Source: Clostridia bacterium
Lineage (GTDB): Bacteria > Bacillota > Clostridia > TANB77 > CAG-465
DNA: 64,000 bases
Assembly: GCA_028692955.1 (NCBI GenBank)
Contig: JAQUWH010000001.1
Location: forward strand, 65,496 to 129,495
Direction: 5' to 3'
Below are positions 17,772-28,354 of this stretch, one piece after another. The notes beneath the pieces are model-generated. The model saw nothing but the letters and a program-made list of their open reading frames with translations. It had not been told where the DNA came from and did no database searches. A program made the translations under genes and the position numbers. How positions within the stretch are numbered: the first letter of the stretch is position 1; each line of letters starts with the position of its first letter.

Positions 17772-18506
17772 ATGCTAACTTTAAAAATTTATGGCAATTA
17801 TTCGCCCAATACAATTGGACTTCCGGGTTCGTGTTATTTATTGGAAGGAATGAGTAAAAAGATAATATTTGATTTAGGGAATGGAAACTTTAAAAAAATA
17901 AAAAAAGATTTAAGTGAAGACGATTTAGAGAATTCTTTACTTATTTTGTCACATAATCATGTAGATCATTCATGGGATGTTCTTAAATTAGCTCTCTATC
18001 TCATGAAAAAAAGTAAAAAAATAAATATATATTTGCCAAAAAAAAGTTTTATTTATTGGATTATAGCTCATTTAAATAAAGTTTTTAATGTACATATTAT
18101 AACAGAAGAAACAAAAATTAATATTGATAATTTCAATATAAGTTTTTGCAAAACAATTCATAGGGGAGAATCTTATGCAACTAAAATAGTAGGAGAAGAT
18201 ATTGATTTTGTTTATACATCTGATATGGCAGATGTCTCAAAAAACGTTAAGATGTTTTGTAAAGATGCAAATGTTGTACTAGTAGATTCTGGTCATCCGT
18301 GTAAGGATGAACTATTTTCATTAAATGGCTATCATGGAAAAACAACTGATATATTAAATCAATTATTCGATAGCGAGTGTAATGTGAAAAAAGTGTTGGC
18401 CTCACATTTGAAAGCAAATTTAAGACCTGAGGCATATATGTTAGCTTTTCCGCCTAATAAGGATGTGATTTTAGTACGAAGAGGCAAAATATATAATTTA
18501 ATATGA
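17772..18506 (+). CDS. MBL-fold metallo-hydrolase
   Basis: HxHxDH motif (SHNHVDHSWD). RBS gggagg 8 nt upstream of the ATG at 17772. Confidence 0.6.
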   Translation: MLTLKIYGNYSPNTIGLPGSCYLLEGMSKKIIFDLGNGNFKKIKKDLSEDDLENSLLILSHNHVDHSWDVLKLALYLMKKSKKINIYLPKKSFIYWIIAHLNKVFNVHIITEETKINIDNFNISFCKTIHRGESYATKIVGEDIDFVYTSDMADVSKNVKMFCKDANVVLVDSGHPCKDELFSLNGYHGKTTDILNQLFDSECNVKKVLASHLKANLRPEAYMLAFPPNKDVILVRRGKIYNLI

Positions 18507-18533
18507 AAAAGGCGATGCTTGTACACCGTCTTT

Positions 18534-19469
18534 TTAATCCTCTACATATTTACTTTCATCACGTTTTTTCTCTATTTTTAAGATTTGCTCATATAATTTT
18601 TCTTCACGTTCGGAAATATTACTTGGTAAATCGATATGTACCTTTAAGATTAAATCTCCTCTTATACCATCTTCAGAAATATACCCTTTTTGGGGAACAT
18701 TAACGAGTTCCCCATCTCTTACGTGCCTTGGTAGTGTTACAATTAATTTTTCGTCAAATATTTGTAATTTGATTTTGCCACCAATCGCAGCAATAGATGG
18801 TGAGACAGTGATTTTTTTGATAAGATTTACACCATCTAGTTTATAGTTGTCATCATCTAATAATTTAACATGTATAATCAAGTCACCATTTTTGCCATCG
18901 TTCTTACCTGGGTTTCCTAGCGCCGCCAAACGTATTTTATCGCCACTTTGAATTCCAATAGGAACATTGACAGAGAAAGTTTGCATACCCGATTTGAATG
19001 ATTTTATTGCAATTTTTTTCTCAACGCCGAAAAAACCCTCCTCTAAAGTCACATCTAAATGTGTTATAATATCAGTACCTTTAATTGGTTTTAGTTTTTC
19101 TTTTTTATCACTTCTACTATCGACACTAAAATTGTTATCATCTTTTCTAAATCCTAGTATGGTTGTGAATAGATCATTGATTACATTTACGCCGGATTTT
19201 ATCTCATATTTTACATTGGAAAGACTAGAATCATTTTCAGTAAAGCCATAACCAAGCCTTGCTACTTGCCTATCATATCTTTTTCTTTTTTCTTCATTGG
19301 TAAGTGTTGCATAAGCTTCATTTACGTCTTTAAACATACTTTCGGCTTCATCAGATTTATTCGTATCAGGATGATATAATTTTGCAAGCTTTCTATATGA
19401 CAATTTTATTTCTTGGATTGAACTTTTTCTTGTAACTTCTAATATTTCATAATAGTTTTTATATTTCAT
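18534..19469 (-). CDS. DnaJ-domain co-chaperone (J domain plus DnaJ C-terminal domain, no zinc-finger module)
   Basis: J domain YYEILEV...LAKLYHPDTN...NEAYATLT...KRKRYD. Confidence 0.7.
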   Translation of the reverse strand: MKYKNYYEILEVTRKSSIQEIKLSYRKLAKLYHPDTNKSDEAESMFKDVNEAYATLTNEEKRKRYDRQVARLGYGFTENDSSLSNVKYEIKSGVNVINDLFTTILGFRKDDNNFSVDSRSDKKEKLKPIKGTDIITHLDVTLEEGFFGVEKKIAIKSFKSGMQTFSVNVPIGIQSGDKIRLAALGNPGKNDGKNGDLIIHVKLLDDDNYKLDGVNLIKKITVSPSIAAIGGKIKLQIFDEKLIVTLPRHVRDGELVNVPQKGYISEDGIRGDLILKVHIDLPSNISEREEKLYEQILKIEKKRDESKYVED

Positions 19470-19610
19470 ATTTGACCCCTTTTAAAAACTTTTTTGTGTT
19501 CAAGTCTTTTTACATTATATCATAAAATCTGCAATTTTCAAGAATTTTTGCTTGCTTTTTCGTTTTTTTTCTTGTATAATAAAGGAGTGACAGGATATGG
19601 GGGTATATAA

Positions 19611-22073
19611 ATGGATTTAAACGATGAGAATTTTTTATCGGCACAAAAAATTGTACCTGTAAAAATAGAAGAAGAAATGAAGAAGTCGTACATTGATTAT
19701 GCGATGAGCGTAATTGTTGCTCGTGCTCTTCCAGACGTAAGAGATGGTATGAAACCAGTACATAGAAGAATTCTTTATGTTATGAATGAACTATCTTTAT
19801 GGCCTGAAAAAGGATATAGAAAATCTGCAAGTATTGTTGGTGATGTTATGGGTAATTATCATCCACATGGAGATGCAGCAATATACGATGCTTTAGTGCG
19901 TTTATCACAAGATTTCTCAATGAGATATCCACTTGTAAATGGACATGGAAATTTTGGCTCAATAGACAATGATCCACCGGCTGCAATGAGATATACAGAA
20001 GCTAAATTGCAAAAAATATCACTTGAAATGTTGACTGATTTAGATAAAAATACGGTTGATTTTACGCCAAACTATGATGATAGATTAACAGAACCTAGTG
20101 TTTTACCAGCTAAATTGCCTAATTTGCTAATTAATGGCTCATATGGTATTGCTGTTGGTATGGCGTGTAATATTCCACCACATAACTTAACAGAAGTTAT
20201 CAATGGAACAATTGCCCAGCTTGACAATCCAGAAATAACAAATGAAGAATTAATGGCCTATATTAAAGGGCCTGACTTTCCAACAGGAGGTTTAATTCTT
20301 GGAAAAGAAGGGATTAGAAATGCCTATACAACTGGTAGAGGAAAAGTTTGCGTAAGAGCAAGAGCTGAAATTGAAGAAGATAATAAAGGAAGATTCCATA
20401 TTATCGTTACAGAAATACCGTATCAAGTAAATAAAGCAGCGCTTGTTGAAAACATTGCCAAACTCGTACAATTAAAGGTGATAGAGGGTATATCAGATTT
20501 AAGAGATGAATCAGATAGAGAAGGATTAAGAATATCAATTGATTTAAAAAGAGATGCAAATCCTAACGTTGTCCTTAATTTACTATATAAACATACACAA
20601 CTGCAAAACACTCAGTCTATGTTAATGCTTGCTATTGTCGATGGACAACCTAGAATCTTAAAATTAAATGAAATTCTTGCTGAATATATTAAACATAGAG
20701 AAAGCGTTGTGGTAAGAAGAACTAAATTTGATCTTGCTAAAGCGGAAGCTAGACTTCACATTTTAGAGGGGTTAAGAATTGCTCTTGATCATATTGACGA
20801 AATTATTAGAATTATACGTTCTGCATATGATGACGCGCAACAAAGATTGATGGAAACGTTTGGACTTTCTGAAATTCAATCAAATGCCATTCTTGAAATG
20901 AGATTGAGAACGTTACAAGGTCTACAAAGAGAAAAAATAGAAAATGAGTATAATGAACTTGTTAAATTGATCGCACATTTAAAAGAAATCCTTGGATCAG
21001 AATTATTAGTAAAAGAGATTATTAGAGAAGAATTACTCGAAATAAAAGAAAAATATGGTGATGAAAGAAAAACTGAAATCACTCATGGTGAAGGTGATAT
21101 CGACATTGAAAGTTTAATCAAAGAGGAAACTAATGTTGTTACACTTACACATTTTGGCTATGTTAAAAGAATAGCTGCTGATGTATATAGAAGCCAAAAA
21201 CGTGGCGGTAAAGGATTGACAGCTATGAACACCAGAGAAGAGGACTTTGTTGAGCAACTATTTGTAACTTCTACGCATGATTATATTATGTTCTTTACTA
21301 ATACAGGTAGGGCATTTAGATTAAAGGCGTATGAATTGCCAGAAGCAAGTAGAACAGCAAAAGGTACTGCTATTGTTAATCTATTACAACTTGCGCAAGG
21401 TGAAAAAATTGCTGCTGTAATACCAGTAAAAGACTATACTAGTGATTTGTTTGTTCTAATGGCTACTAGAAATGGTCTTATGAAGAAAACAAAATTAGAA
21501 GAATATTCTAATATTAGAAAAACTGGAATACAAGGAATTACATTAAAAGAAGATGACGAGCTAATTGATGTAAGGCTTACTGATGGTTCAAATGACGTAG
21601 TCATGGTTACACAAAGAGGATTATCAATCAGATTTCCGGAGGCGGAAGTAAGGTCAGTAGGAAGAACATCTATGGGCGTAAAAGGAATCACACTTGGAAA
21701 AGGCGATATTGTTGTCGGTATGGAACCAATTAGTGATAACAAAGATTATATACTTGCTATTACTGAAAATGGTTTTGGAAAGAGAACAGAAGTAGAAGAG
21801 TATAGATGTCAGGGAAGAGCTGGTAAAGGTGTATTAACATACAAAACAACAGCAAAAACAGGACATATTATAGGAATCAAAATTGTTAACGATACAGACG
21901 ATATTATGATTATTACTGATACTGGTGTTGTTATACGTATTAATGTTAAAGATATTAGTGTACTTGGAAGAAATACACAAGGTGTGACATTAATGAGAAC
22001 TTCAGATGGTGGTAAGGTAATCAACATTGCTAAAATACCAAAAGAAGATGAAGTTGAATTTGAAGAGGAATAA
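19611..22073 (+). CDS. gyrA: DNA gyrase subunit A (type IIA topoisomerase A subunit with GyrA-box)
   Basis: Active-site region [14 protein letters not shown]-like motif. GyrA box QKRGGKG. Six-bladed C-terminal domain. Confidence 0.85.
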   Translation: MDLNDENFLSAQKIVPVKIEEEMKKSYIDYAMSVIVARALPDVRDGMKPVHRRILYVMNELSLWPEKGYRKSASIVGDVMGNYHPHGDAAIYDALVRLSQDFSMRYPLVNGHGNFGSIDNDPPAAMRYTEAKLQKISLEMLTDLDKNTVDFTPNYDDRLTEPSVLPAKLPNLLINGSYGIAVGMACNIPPHNLTEVINGTIAQLDNPEITNEELMAYIKGPDFPTGGLILGKEGIRNAYTTGRGKVCVRARAEIEEDNKGRFHIIVTEIPYQVNKAALVENIAKLVQLKVIEGISDLRDESDREGLRISIDLKRDANPNVVLNLLYKHTQLQNTQSMLMLAIVDGQPRILKLNEILAEYIKHRESVVVRRTKFDLAKAEARLHILEGLRIALDHIDEIIRIIRSAYDDAQQRLMETFGLSEIQSNAILEMRLRTLQGLQREKIENEYNELVKLIAHLKEILGSELLVKEIIREELLEIKEKYGDERKTEITHGEGDIDIESLIKEETNVVTLTHFGYVKRIAADVYRSQKRGGKGLTAMNTREEDFVEQLFVTSTHDYIMFFTNTGRAFRLKAYELPEASRTAKGTAIVNLLQLAQGEKIAAVIPVKDYTSDLFVLMATRNGLMKKTKLEEYSNIRKTGIQGITLKEDDELIDVRLTDGSNDVVMVTQRGLSIRFPEAEVRSVGRTSMGVKGITLGKGDIVVGMEPISDNKDYILAITENGFGKRTEVEEYRCQGRAGKGVLTYKTTAKTGHIIGIKIVNDTDDIMIITDTGVVIRINVKDISVLGRNTQGVTLMRTSDGGKVINIAKIPKEDEVEFEEE

Positions 22074-22148
22074 AACAAGAAAAACTGAGAAACTATGCAA
22101 AATTTGTATAGTTTCTTTCTTTTATTCATAATTTGTGGTATAATAAAA

Positions 22149-22476
22149 ATAGAGTATTTCAGATAGTCGCTTGCTTTGGTAAGAGGAAAGTCCGGACACC
22201 GTAGGGCAATAGTGCTAGATAACGTCTAGTGAGAGTGATCTTAAGGAAAGTGCAACAGAAAAAAACCGCCACTTGTGGTAAGGGTGAAAACGCGAGGTAA
22301 GAGCTCACGAACAGATATGGAGACATGTATGTGGTGTAAACCCCACTTGGTGCAACATCGCAGTAGAAAGGTTAAGACTGCCCGTCGTCTTTCGTGGTTG
22401 ATGGCTTGAAATATATAGCAATATATATTCTAGATAAATGACTATTTAATACAGAATCCGGCTTACGAAGTGCTCT
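22149..22476 (+). ncRNA. rnpB: RNase P RNA, type A
   Basis: Universally conserved GAGGAAAGUCCGG, GGUAAGGGUGAAA...GGUAAGAGC and ACAGAAUCCGGCUUA motifs. P1 pairing agagtatttc (22149-22158) with gaagtgctct (22467-22476). Confidence 0.75.
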
Positions 22477-22477
22477 A

Positions 22478-22507
22478 AAGCTCACCTTTTGGTGGGCTTT
22501 TTTAATT
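22478..22507 (+). terminator. Terminator after rnpB
   Basis: agctcacc tttt ggtgggct followed by ttttttaatt. Confidence 0.5.
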
Positions 22508-22720
22508 ATTGGTGTTCCGTAACAAAAAATATAGTTAAAATATAGTTATCAATGTAAAAAAAATGTCAAATTGTTGACTTTTATTTTACTTTGTATTATA
22601 CTTAAAATATATGATAAATGAACGGTTAAGAACATTTTTGTATTTAAATATAAATTAAAATAATAATAATTTTTTTTGATATGAATAGAAATCTAGTATA
22701 GGTTTTTATTGGAGGAAAAT

Positions 22721-24448
22721 ATGGATAATGATGAAAATAAGGGGATGCTAGAGGAAAATACTGAAAAATTGAGTATTGAAGAAAAGGTAATTCCTACAGA
22801 AGAAATAGTAAAAGAAGAGACTATCGAAGCAAAAGTAGTAAACAAAGAAGAGGAACCAAAAAAGCACAGTAAACAAAGAAAAGTGATATTCATTGTATGT
22901 GTAGTTTTAGTAAGCATTATTCTTTTTTTAGGTGGTATTGTGTGCGTTAATAAAATGAATCCAAATGCGTATAAAAACTTACATGTATTAGGAATGAATA
23001 TGAGCGGGAAAAATCTTGAAAAAATTGCACAAGAATTAAATGAAAAGTTTTCGGGATATAAGCCAGAAGAAAAATATAATGTTTATCAAGATACGGAAAG
23101 TATCTATACTATCATGCCTACTGAAATTGAATTTTCTATTAATATACCAGCAACTGCAAAGAAAATTTTAGAGTTTGGTAGAACTGGTAATTTATTAAAA
23201 GATAATATTGCTATCATGAAAGCATTTTTTTCAAAAGTGGAGATAATACCAGAATACAATTATAGCCAGGAACTATTAGATGAAAAATTAAATAATATTG
23301 ATTTGACACTAAAAGACAGATTTGTGGATGATAAATTTAGTGTAGACGAAAATACTAAAAAATTAATTATCACAAGAGGGAAAAGTGGAAATTCTATCAA
23401 TTATGAAGAAGAAGGAAAAAATCTAGTTAATAAATTTGCTAATTCTTATGTAAGTGGAAATAATGATACTAATATTACTTTAGCTATTGTACAAAAAAAA
23501 CCAATTGCTATTAACGTTGAAGAAGTATATGGTAAAGTAAAAAGAGATGCAAAAGATGCTTATATTGATGAAACGGTTAGCCCAATTAAACTTGTTTCTG
23601 AAGTGGTGGGATTTGACTTTAATGTGGAAGAATTAAAAGCAGTCATCGAAAAAGAAGAAAATAAGGCAGAAGGAAAAGTAATTGAATTTGACTTAAAAGT
23701 AATAGAACCTAAAGTCAAATTAGCAGACATTACCTATAAATTGTATAAAGATAAATTAGCAGGACTGACTACATATTTTGATGCTGGCCAAGCGGCAAGG
23801 GCTAACAACTTAAAAATAGCATTAAACTATTTGAATGGGAAAATTATTATGCCTGGTGAGACTTTCTCATATAATGCTGCAATTGGTGATACAACTGTTG
23901 CAAAAGGTTATCAAGAAGCGGCTACTTTTAAAGGTGGGGGCGTTGTTAATGAACTAGGTGGCGGTATATGTCAAACGACTTCAACTCTTTATGACGTTGC
24001 ACTAATGGCTAATATGCAAATTGTTCAAAGACATCAACATGGATTACCTGTTGGTTATGTAAAACCAAGTCTAGATGCTACTGTATATTCTCCTAATTTA
24101 GATTTTAAATTTAAGAATACAAGGAAATACCCAGTGAAAATTGTGACTTCATATAGTAGCGGAGGCAGTCTGAATATAAGTATATTTGGTACAAAAGAAG
24201 AAGTGGAATATGATATTACGTTGAGTAGTTCTTATATCAAAACAATACCATTTCAAACAAAATATACTTACGACGAAAATATGTATGAAGGGGAACAAGT
24301 GATTGTTTCAAAAGGGGTAAATGGTTATGTTTCAGAAGGATATATCACAAAAATGTTAAACGGCAAAGTTGTTGAATCAAGAATGCTATCTCGTGACACC
24401 TATAATGCACAATCTCAGATAGTTAAAGTGGGAACGAAGAAACAGTAA
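22721..24448 (+). CDS. VanW-domain protein with C-terminal G5 domain, N-terminal acidic region and TM anchor
   Basis: VanW core (GETFSYNAAIGDTT...GGGICQTTSTLY). G5-like C-terminus. RBS GGAGG 5 nt before the ATG at 22721. Confidence 0.7.
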   Translation: MDNDENKGMLEENTEKLSIEEKVIPTEEIVKEETIEAKVVNKEEEPKKHSKQRKVIFIVCVVLVSIILFLGGIVCVNKMNPNAYKNLHVLGMNMSGKNLEKIAQELNEKFSGYKPEEKYNVYQDTESIYTIMPTEIEFSINIPATAKKILEFGRTGNLLKDNIAIMKAFFSKVEIIPEYNYSQELLDEKLNNIDLTLKDRFVDDKFSVDENTKKLIITRGKSGNSINYEEEGKNLVNKFANSYVSGNNDTNITLAIVQKKPIAINVEEVYGKVKRDAKDAYIDETVSPIKLVSEVVGFDFNVEELKAVIEKEENKAEGKVIEFDLKVIEPKVKLADITYKLYKDKLAGLTTYFDAGQAARANNLKIALNYLNGKIIMPGETFSYNAAIGDTTVAKGYQEAATFKGGGVVNELGGGICQTTSTLYDVALMANMQIVQRHQHGLPVGYVKPSLDATVYSPNLDFKFKNTRKYPVKIVTSYSSGGSLNISIFGTKEEVEYDITLSSSYIKTIPFQTKYTYDENMYEGEQVIVSKGVNGYVSEGYITKMLNGKVVESRMLSRDTYNAQSQIVKVGTKKQ

Positions 24449-24565
24449 ACATAAAAAATGCAAAAATAAACATAAAAAATGGTAAAAAGTATTGTAATAA
24501 TATAAAAAATATAGTATAATAGTATTAGATTTAGGTTTTTGACCTTAAGAAAGAGGTAAATATTT

Positions 24566-25087
24566 ATGGAGCCTTTAATACAAATGAATAAATTTGAAAT
24601 TGTAGATATGCCTGGTATGACAACGATAGCTTTTTTAGTTGAAGAAAACGAAATAGAATATAAGCAAGGGAAATCATTATTATCTCTTCAAAAAATTGAC
24701 AGTATCGATAGTCAAGAAGAAGGGAAAATGAAGAAAACATTTAATGTGATAAAAACAGATGATGAACCACAATTAATTGTTTTACTTACTTTAACGAATA
24801 CAAAGGCTATTTTAAGTACAGGAGAATTGACTGCTGAAGGTTTTAAGACAACAGAATCGAATATCCCATTAAATTATGGTACTTTATTTAATCAAGTAGG
24901 AGTTGAATATAAAGAAGTTGAGTATACACCAAATATGAAAAGGCATTTTTCAATTATAGATACACAAACAGGTGAAGAAGTAAAACCGGTTTTATATACA
25001 GATGAAGTGACTGGTAAAGTAAAAGGTAGATGTAAAATTTTACCAAATAGACCTTATATCGTACTTGAACTAGGGTTTGAAGATTAA
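24566..25087 (+). CDS. Hypothetical soluble protein
   Basis: ORF with RBS (agaaagaggtaaata ATG). No known motif. Confidence 0.45.
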   Translation: MEPLIQMNKFEIVDMPGMTTIAFLVEENEIEYKQGKSLLSLQKIDSIDSQEEGKMKKTFNVIKTDDEPQLIVLLTLTNTKAILSTGELTAEGFKTTESNIPLNYGTLFNQVGVEYKEVEYTPNMKRHFSIIDTQTGEEVKPVLYTDEVTGKVKGRCKILPNRPYIVLELGFED

Positions 25088-25146
25088 TATAATTTGAAAC
25101 GATAATAAATGTAGTAATAAATGTAGTAAATGGAGGAATTCTTATT

Positions 25147-25320
25147 ATGAATAGAAATGTAGGTATAAAATGTAATGCTATTGTAGCATCTGAACTAGAT
25201 AATAATATAAAAATACTTTCAACAGCAAAAAGTGTTTTTATTAGAAATGCAAGAGATATAGCACCAGCTGAAATTGTTCCTGAAAGTAGAGAACTAGAAG
25301 GCTGGAATGAACAAATATAA
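25147..25320 (+). CDS. Small ORF (57 aa), not in the supplied track because it is under 60 aa
   Basis: GGAGG RBS 8 nt upstream. Reads MNRNVGIKCNAIVASELDNNIKILSTAKSVFIRNARDIAPAEIVPESRELEGWNEQI. Confidence 0.3.
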   Translation: MNRNVGIKCNAIVASELDNNIKILSTAKSVFIRNARDIAPAEIVPESRELEGWNEQI

Positions 25321-25434
25321 AAATTAGGTGATACATATGAAGAAAGTAGAAGTTGAATAGTATAAAAAGCAAAAGTCTATATTATATAATATAGACTATT
25401 TGTCGTTATAGGCAAACGAAAGAGGTAAAGAGAT

Positions 25435-27420
25435 ATGGGAAAGTTTAAGCTTAATAAATTAAAAAGGGAAATAATACCTTTTTTGATTGCATTTTTAATA
25501 GTAGATATCGTTATAATAGGGGCATTTGTCATTGCATCACATGAAGTGGCAGATATTACAAAACCTTTTGAAAAAATGATGTCAGTATTTAACAAATTTT
25601 TGCCTGCTATTACTAGTTTTAGGTTCTTTACGGCTATATTTGTTGATTTTGCTGGATTTATGACAGCTACTTTCTGGACGCTCATTGTTTTTGTAGCGTT
25701 ATTTATTTACTGGAAGATAAAAGTTTCACCTGATTCTGATTATGATGGGATTGAGAATGGCTCGAGTGATTGGAGTAAAGGCGGAGAAGAATTTGACAAA
25801 TTACCAGATGGAAGTGAAATATTAAATAGAAAGTCTGGATTTATATTAAGTAGAAAACATTATTTAGGAACTGATTTAAGAAAAGTGAAAATAAACAAGA
25901 ACATATTAGTTGTCGGTGGATCTGGTGCTGGTAAGTCCGCTTGTTATATTAAACCAAATATTCTTCAAATGTTAGGTTCTTATGTTATTACAGACCCTAA
26001 AGGTGAATTATATAGAGAAACATCAGGTTTTCTAAAAGCAAATGGTTATGAAGTAAGAGCATTTAATTTGGTTAACCCAGATTATAGCGATAGATTTAAT
26101 CCACTTGCACACATTATTGACCATCAAAGTGTTGATATTATAGCCCACACTATTGTAAATGGTGCAACAAAGGGACAAGGAAGTAATGATCCATTCTGGG
26201 ATGATACAGCTAAAATGTTATTAAAGGCTGCTATATACTATGTTATATCAGTTCTTCCTCCTGAAGAACAAAATATATCAAGTTGTCTAAATATTATACG
26301 TCAAGGTGGTGCAGATGCAGATGTATTTAAGAAGTTATTTATTGATGAGTTAAAACCAGAGCACCCTGGTAGAAAAGAATATGAAAACTTTAGTACAGCT
26401 GCAGATAAGACATTACAAAGTATCGTCATCTCAACAATTTCTAAAATCACATCTTTTGATACACCATCTATGCAAAGAATTACAACCTCTAACAATATTA
26501 ATTTTGATGATTTAGGAAATAAAAAAGTTGCCCTATTTGTTATAACGTCAGCATCTGATAGTACTTATGATTTTATATCTACTATTTTCTTTAGTTTAAT
26601 GCTGCAAAAACTATATGCGCAAGCAGATAGAAATGGTGGTACACTAAAACACCAAGTCTACTTCTTGTTAGATGAGTTTGCTAATATTGGGCAAATACCA
26701 GACTTTAACAAAAAACTTAGCACAACTAGAAGTCTAGGAATTAGTATTTCTATCGTGGTACAGAGTTTGGACCAATTAGAAGCTTTATATAAAGATAATT
26801 ATGAAAATATATTAGGTAACTGTGATACTCACTTGTTCCTAGGAAGTCAGGCAATTAAAACTTGTGAATATTTCTCAAAGAGTTTAGGGCAAAAGACAAT
26901 TAAAGTAAAGAGCAGATCCGTGAATAAAGACAAAGACGAAAGAGAAAAACAGGGTGTTTCTATTAGTGAGCAAAGACTTGGAAGAGAACTGATGACGATT
27001 GATGAATTGAAACGTTTACCATCCGATGATGAAATTTTGCTAGTAAGAGGATTAAAGCCAATCAAAGCGCAAAAAGCATGGTACTTTAAATTCCATCCCT
27101 TAAAAGATGTGGCAAAACAATATGAAATTAGGGATATTACGCAAATGCCAAAAACGGATTCTGTTGAAATCAGTATCATGGACGTAAGAGCTCATCTTGA
27201 AAAGAGAAAAAAAGCTGCTGAAGAATATATGAAAAAGAAAAATGCAGAAATACAAAAAGAAGATACCCCTTTTGAGATTGTAGAGTCAGAAATAAAACCT
27301 GAAATAAGACCAGAAATCAAAGAAGAACCTAAAAAAGAAGAAAAAGAATCTACTTTTGATTTACAAGAAGAATTAGAGAAGAAATTTGATGAACTATTTG
27401 GTTCAACGAGTAACGAATAA
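25435..27420 (+). CDS. VirD4/TraG-type type IV coupling protein (T4CP), intact, with highly charged C-terminal tail
   Basis: Two N-terminal TM helices. Walker A VVGGSGAGKS. Motifs ITDPKGELY, FNPLAHI, and Walker B YFLLDEFANIG. E/K-rich tail. Confidence 0.75.
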   Translation: MGKFKLNKLKREIIPFLIAFLIVDIVIIGAFVIASHEVADITKPFEKMMSVFNKFLPAITSFRFFTAIFVDFAGFMTATFWTLIVFVALFIYWKIKVSPDSDYDGIENGSSDWSKGGEEFDKLPDGSEILNRKSGFILSRKHYLGTDLRKVKINKNILVVGGSGAGKSACYIKPNILQMLGSYVITDPKGELYRETSGFLKANGYEVRAFNLVNPDYSDRFNPLAHIIDHQSVDIIAHTIVNGATKGQGSNDPFWDDTAKMLLKAAIYYVISVLPPEEQNISSCLNIIRQGGADADVFKKLFIDELKPEHPGRKEYENFSTAADKTLQSIVISTISKITSFDTPSMQRITTSNNINFDDLGNKKVALFVITSASDSTYDFISTIFFSLMLQKLYAQADRNGGTLKHQVYFLLDEFANIGQIPDFNKKLSTTRSLGISISIVVQSLDQLEALYKDNYENILGNCDTHLFLGSQAIKTCEYFSKSLGQKTIKVKSRSVNKDKDEREKQGVSISEQRLGRELMTIDELKRLPSDDEILLVRGLKPIKAQKAWYFKFHPLKDVAKQYEIRDITQMPKTDSVEISIMDVRAHLEKRKKAAEEYMKKKNAEIQKEDTPFEIVESEIKPEIRPEIKEEPKKEEKESTFDLQEELEKKFDELFGSTSNE

Positions 27421-27521
27421 TACATATAAATAGAGTTAAAGTTATCAAGACAACTTTAACTCTATTTGTTGTTTTTGTTTGGTGAATGTAGTATAATTAT
27501 AATAGATACAGGAGGAGGATT

Positions 27522-28208
27522 ATGGAAAAGAAAAAGCCGATGATGATTTTTATCGTAGCAGTTTTATCAATTGCACTTATTGCTTTGATTTCTATCTATT
27601 TTTTAAATAATACTGGTAAGATTAACCAAGGCAATTTTAGAATAAATGACGCTGTTTTAGAATCGTATATTACAATAGAAGAAAAACAAGAAGATACCGT
27701 TACCGAATTATCACATATTGTGATGAACCTATCCCAAGAAAATAAACTATCTTTCTTAATTACTAAAAATGTTGCTATTTCTGACATCTATATTGACAAA
27801 TTATCTGTGAATAAACCAGAAAAATTAGGTAAATTATACATAAATCAGAATAATAAAGAAGAAAGTATAGATTGCTTTGATAAGGAAGGAAAATATAATA
27901 TTACTGCACAAGAAAAGGATAACCAATATTTGGTAGAACTTAAAATAGTCAATCAAAATTGTATGCAAGATGTCAATGTACCAAATGAAACAAAGGTGTT
28001 AAAATATGATGGTACTTTACTAGAATTACTAAATAGAAAGATCAGTGATTTTACTTTTCATTTATCATTTAATTTAAATATAGTAGAAGAAAATGGTAAA
28101 CTTAATATATGTAAAGTAGCACTAGATATGCCAAGTGAAGAGTTAATCACAAATGGTGTTAGTATTATTAGATTAGATACTGCAAAACTTGTATTTAGTG
28201 TAAAATAG
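27522..28208 (+). CDS. Membrane-anchored hypothetical protein
   Basis: N-terminal TM anchor then a soluble domain with two Cys pairs. ggaggagg RBS. Confidence 0.45.
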   Translation: MEKKKPMMIFIVAVLSIALIALISIYFLNNTGKINQGNFRINDAVLESYITIEEKQEDTVTELSHIVMNLSQENKLSFLITKNVAISDIYIDKLSVNKPEKLGKLYINQNNKEESIDCFDKEGKYNITAQEKDNQYLVELKIVNQNCMQDVNVPNETKVLKYDGTLLELLNRKISDFTFHLSFNLNIVEENGKLNICKVALDMPSEELITNGVSIIRLDTAKLVFSVK

Positions 28209-28253
28209 CAATTATATCTTGATTTTATTTAGAATCTGTTGTATAATCTATTT

Positions 28254-28338
28254 ATCACCAAGCAATAGGGTACCGTGAACCTTGTCAGGTCCGGAAGGAA
28301 GCAGCAATAAGCGTAATACTCTATGTGTTTGGTGTATT
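28254..28338 (+). ncRNA. ffs: Small SRP RNA (4.5S-type)
   Basis: Invariant domain IV motif GUCAGGUCCGGAAGGAAGCAGC. Terminal helix caccaagca/tgtttggtg. Promoter TTGATT (28219-28224), 17 nt, TATAAT (28242-28247). Conserved position directly upstream of dnaX. Confidence 0.6.
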
Positions 28339-28354
28339 TTTATGGGGTGATGAA

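Noticed and set aside
20423-22129. Several 60-106-aa ORFs antisense to gyrA (20423-20611, 20876-21082, 21434-21742, 21809-22129)
   Set aside because: They lie entirely inside the highly conserved gyrA frame on the opposite strand, have low-complexity Ser/Leu/Ile-rich translations and no RBS. They are typical antisense artefacts of an AT-rich coding region.
28325-28354. Upstream extension of dnaX from the ATG at 28325
   Set aside because: It overlaps the SRP RNA body. The conserved DnaX N-terminus and RBS support the ATG at 28355.
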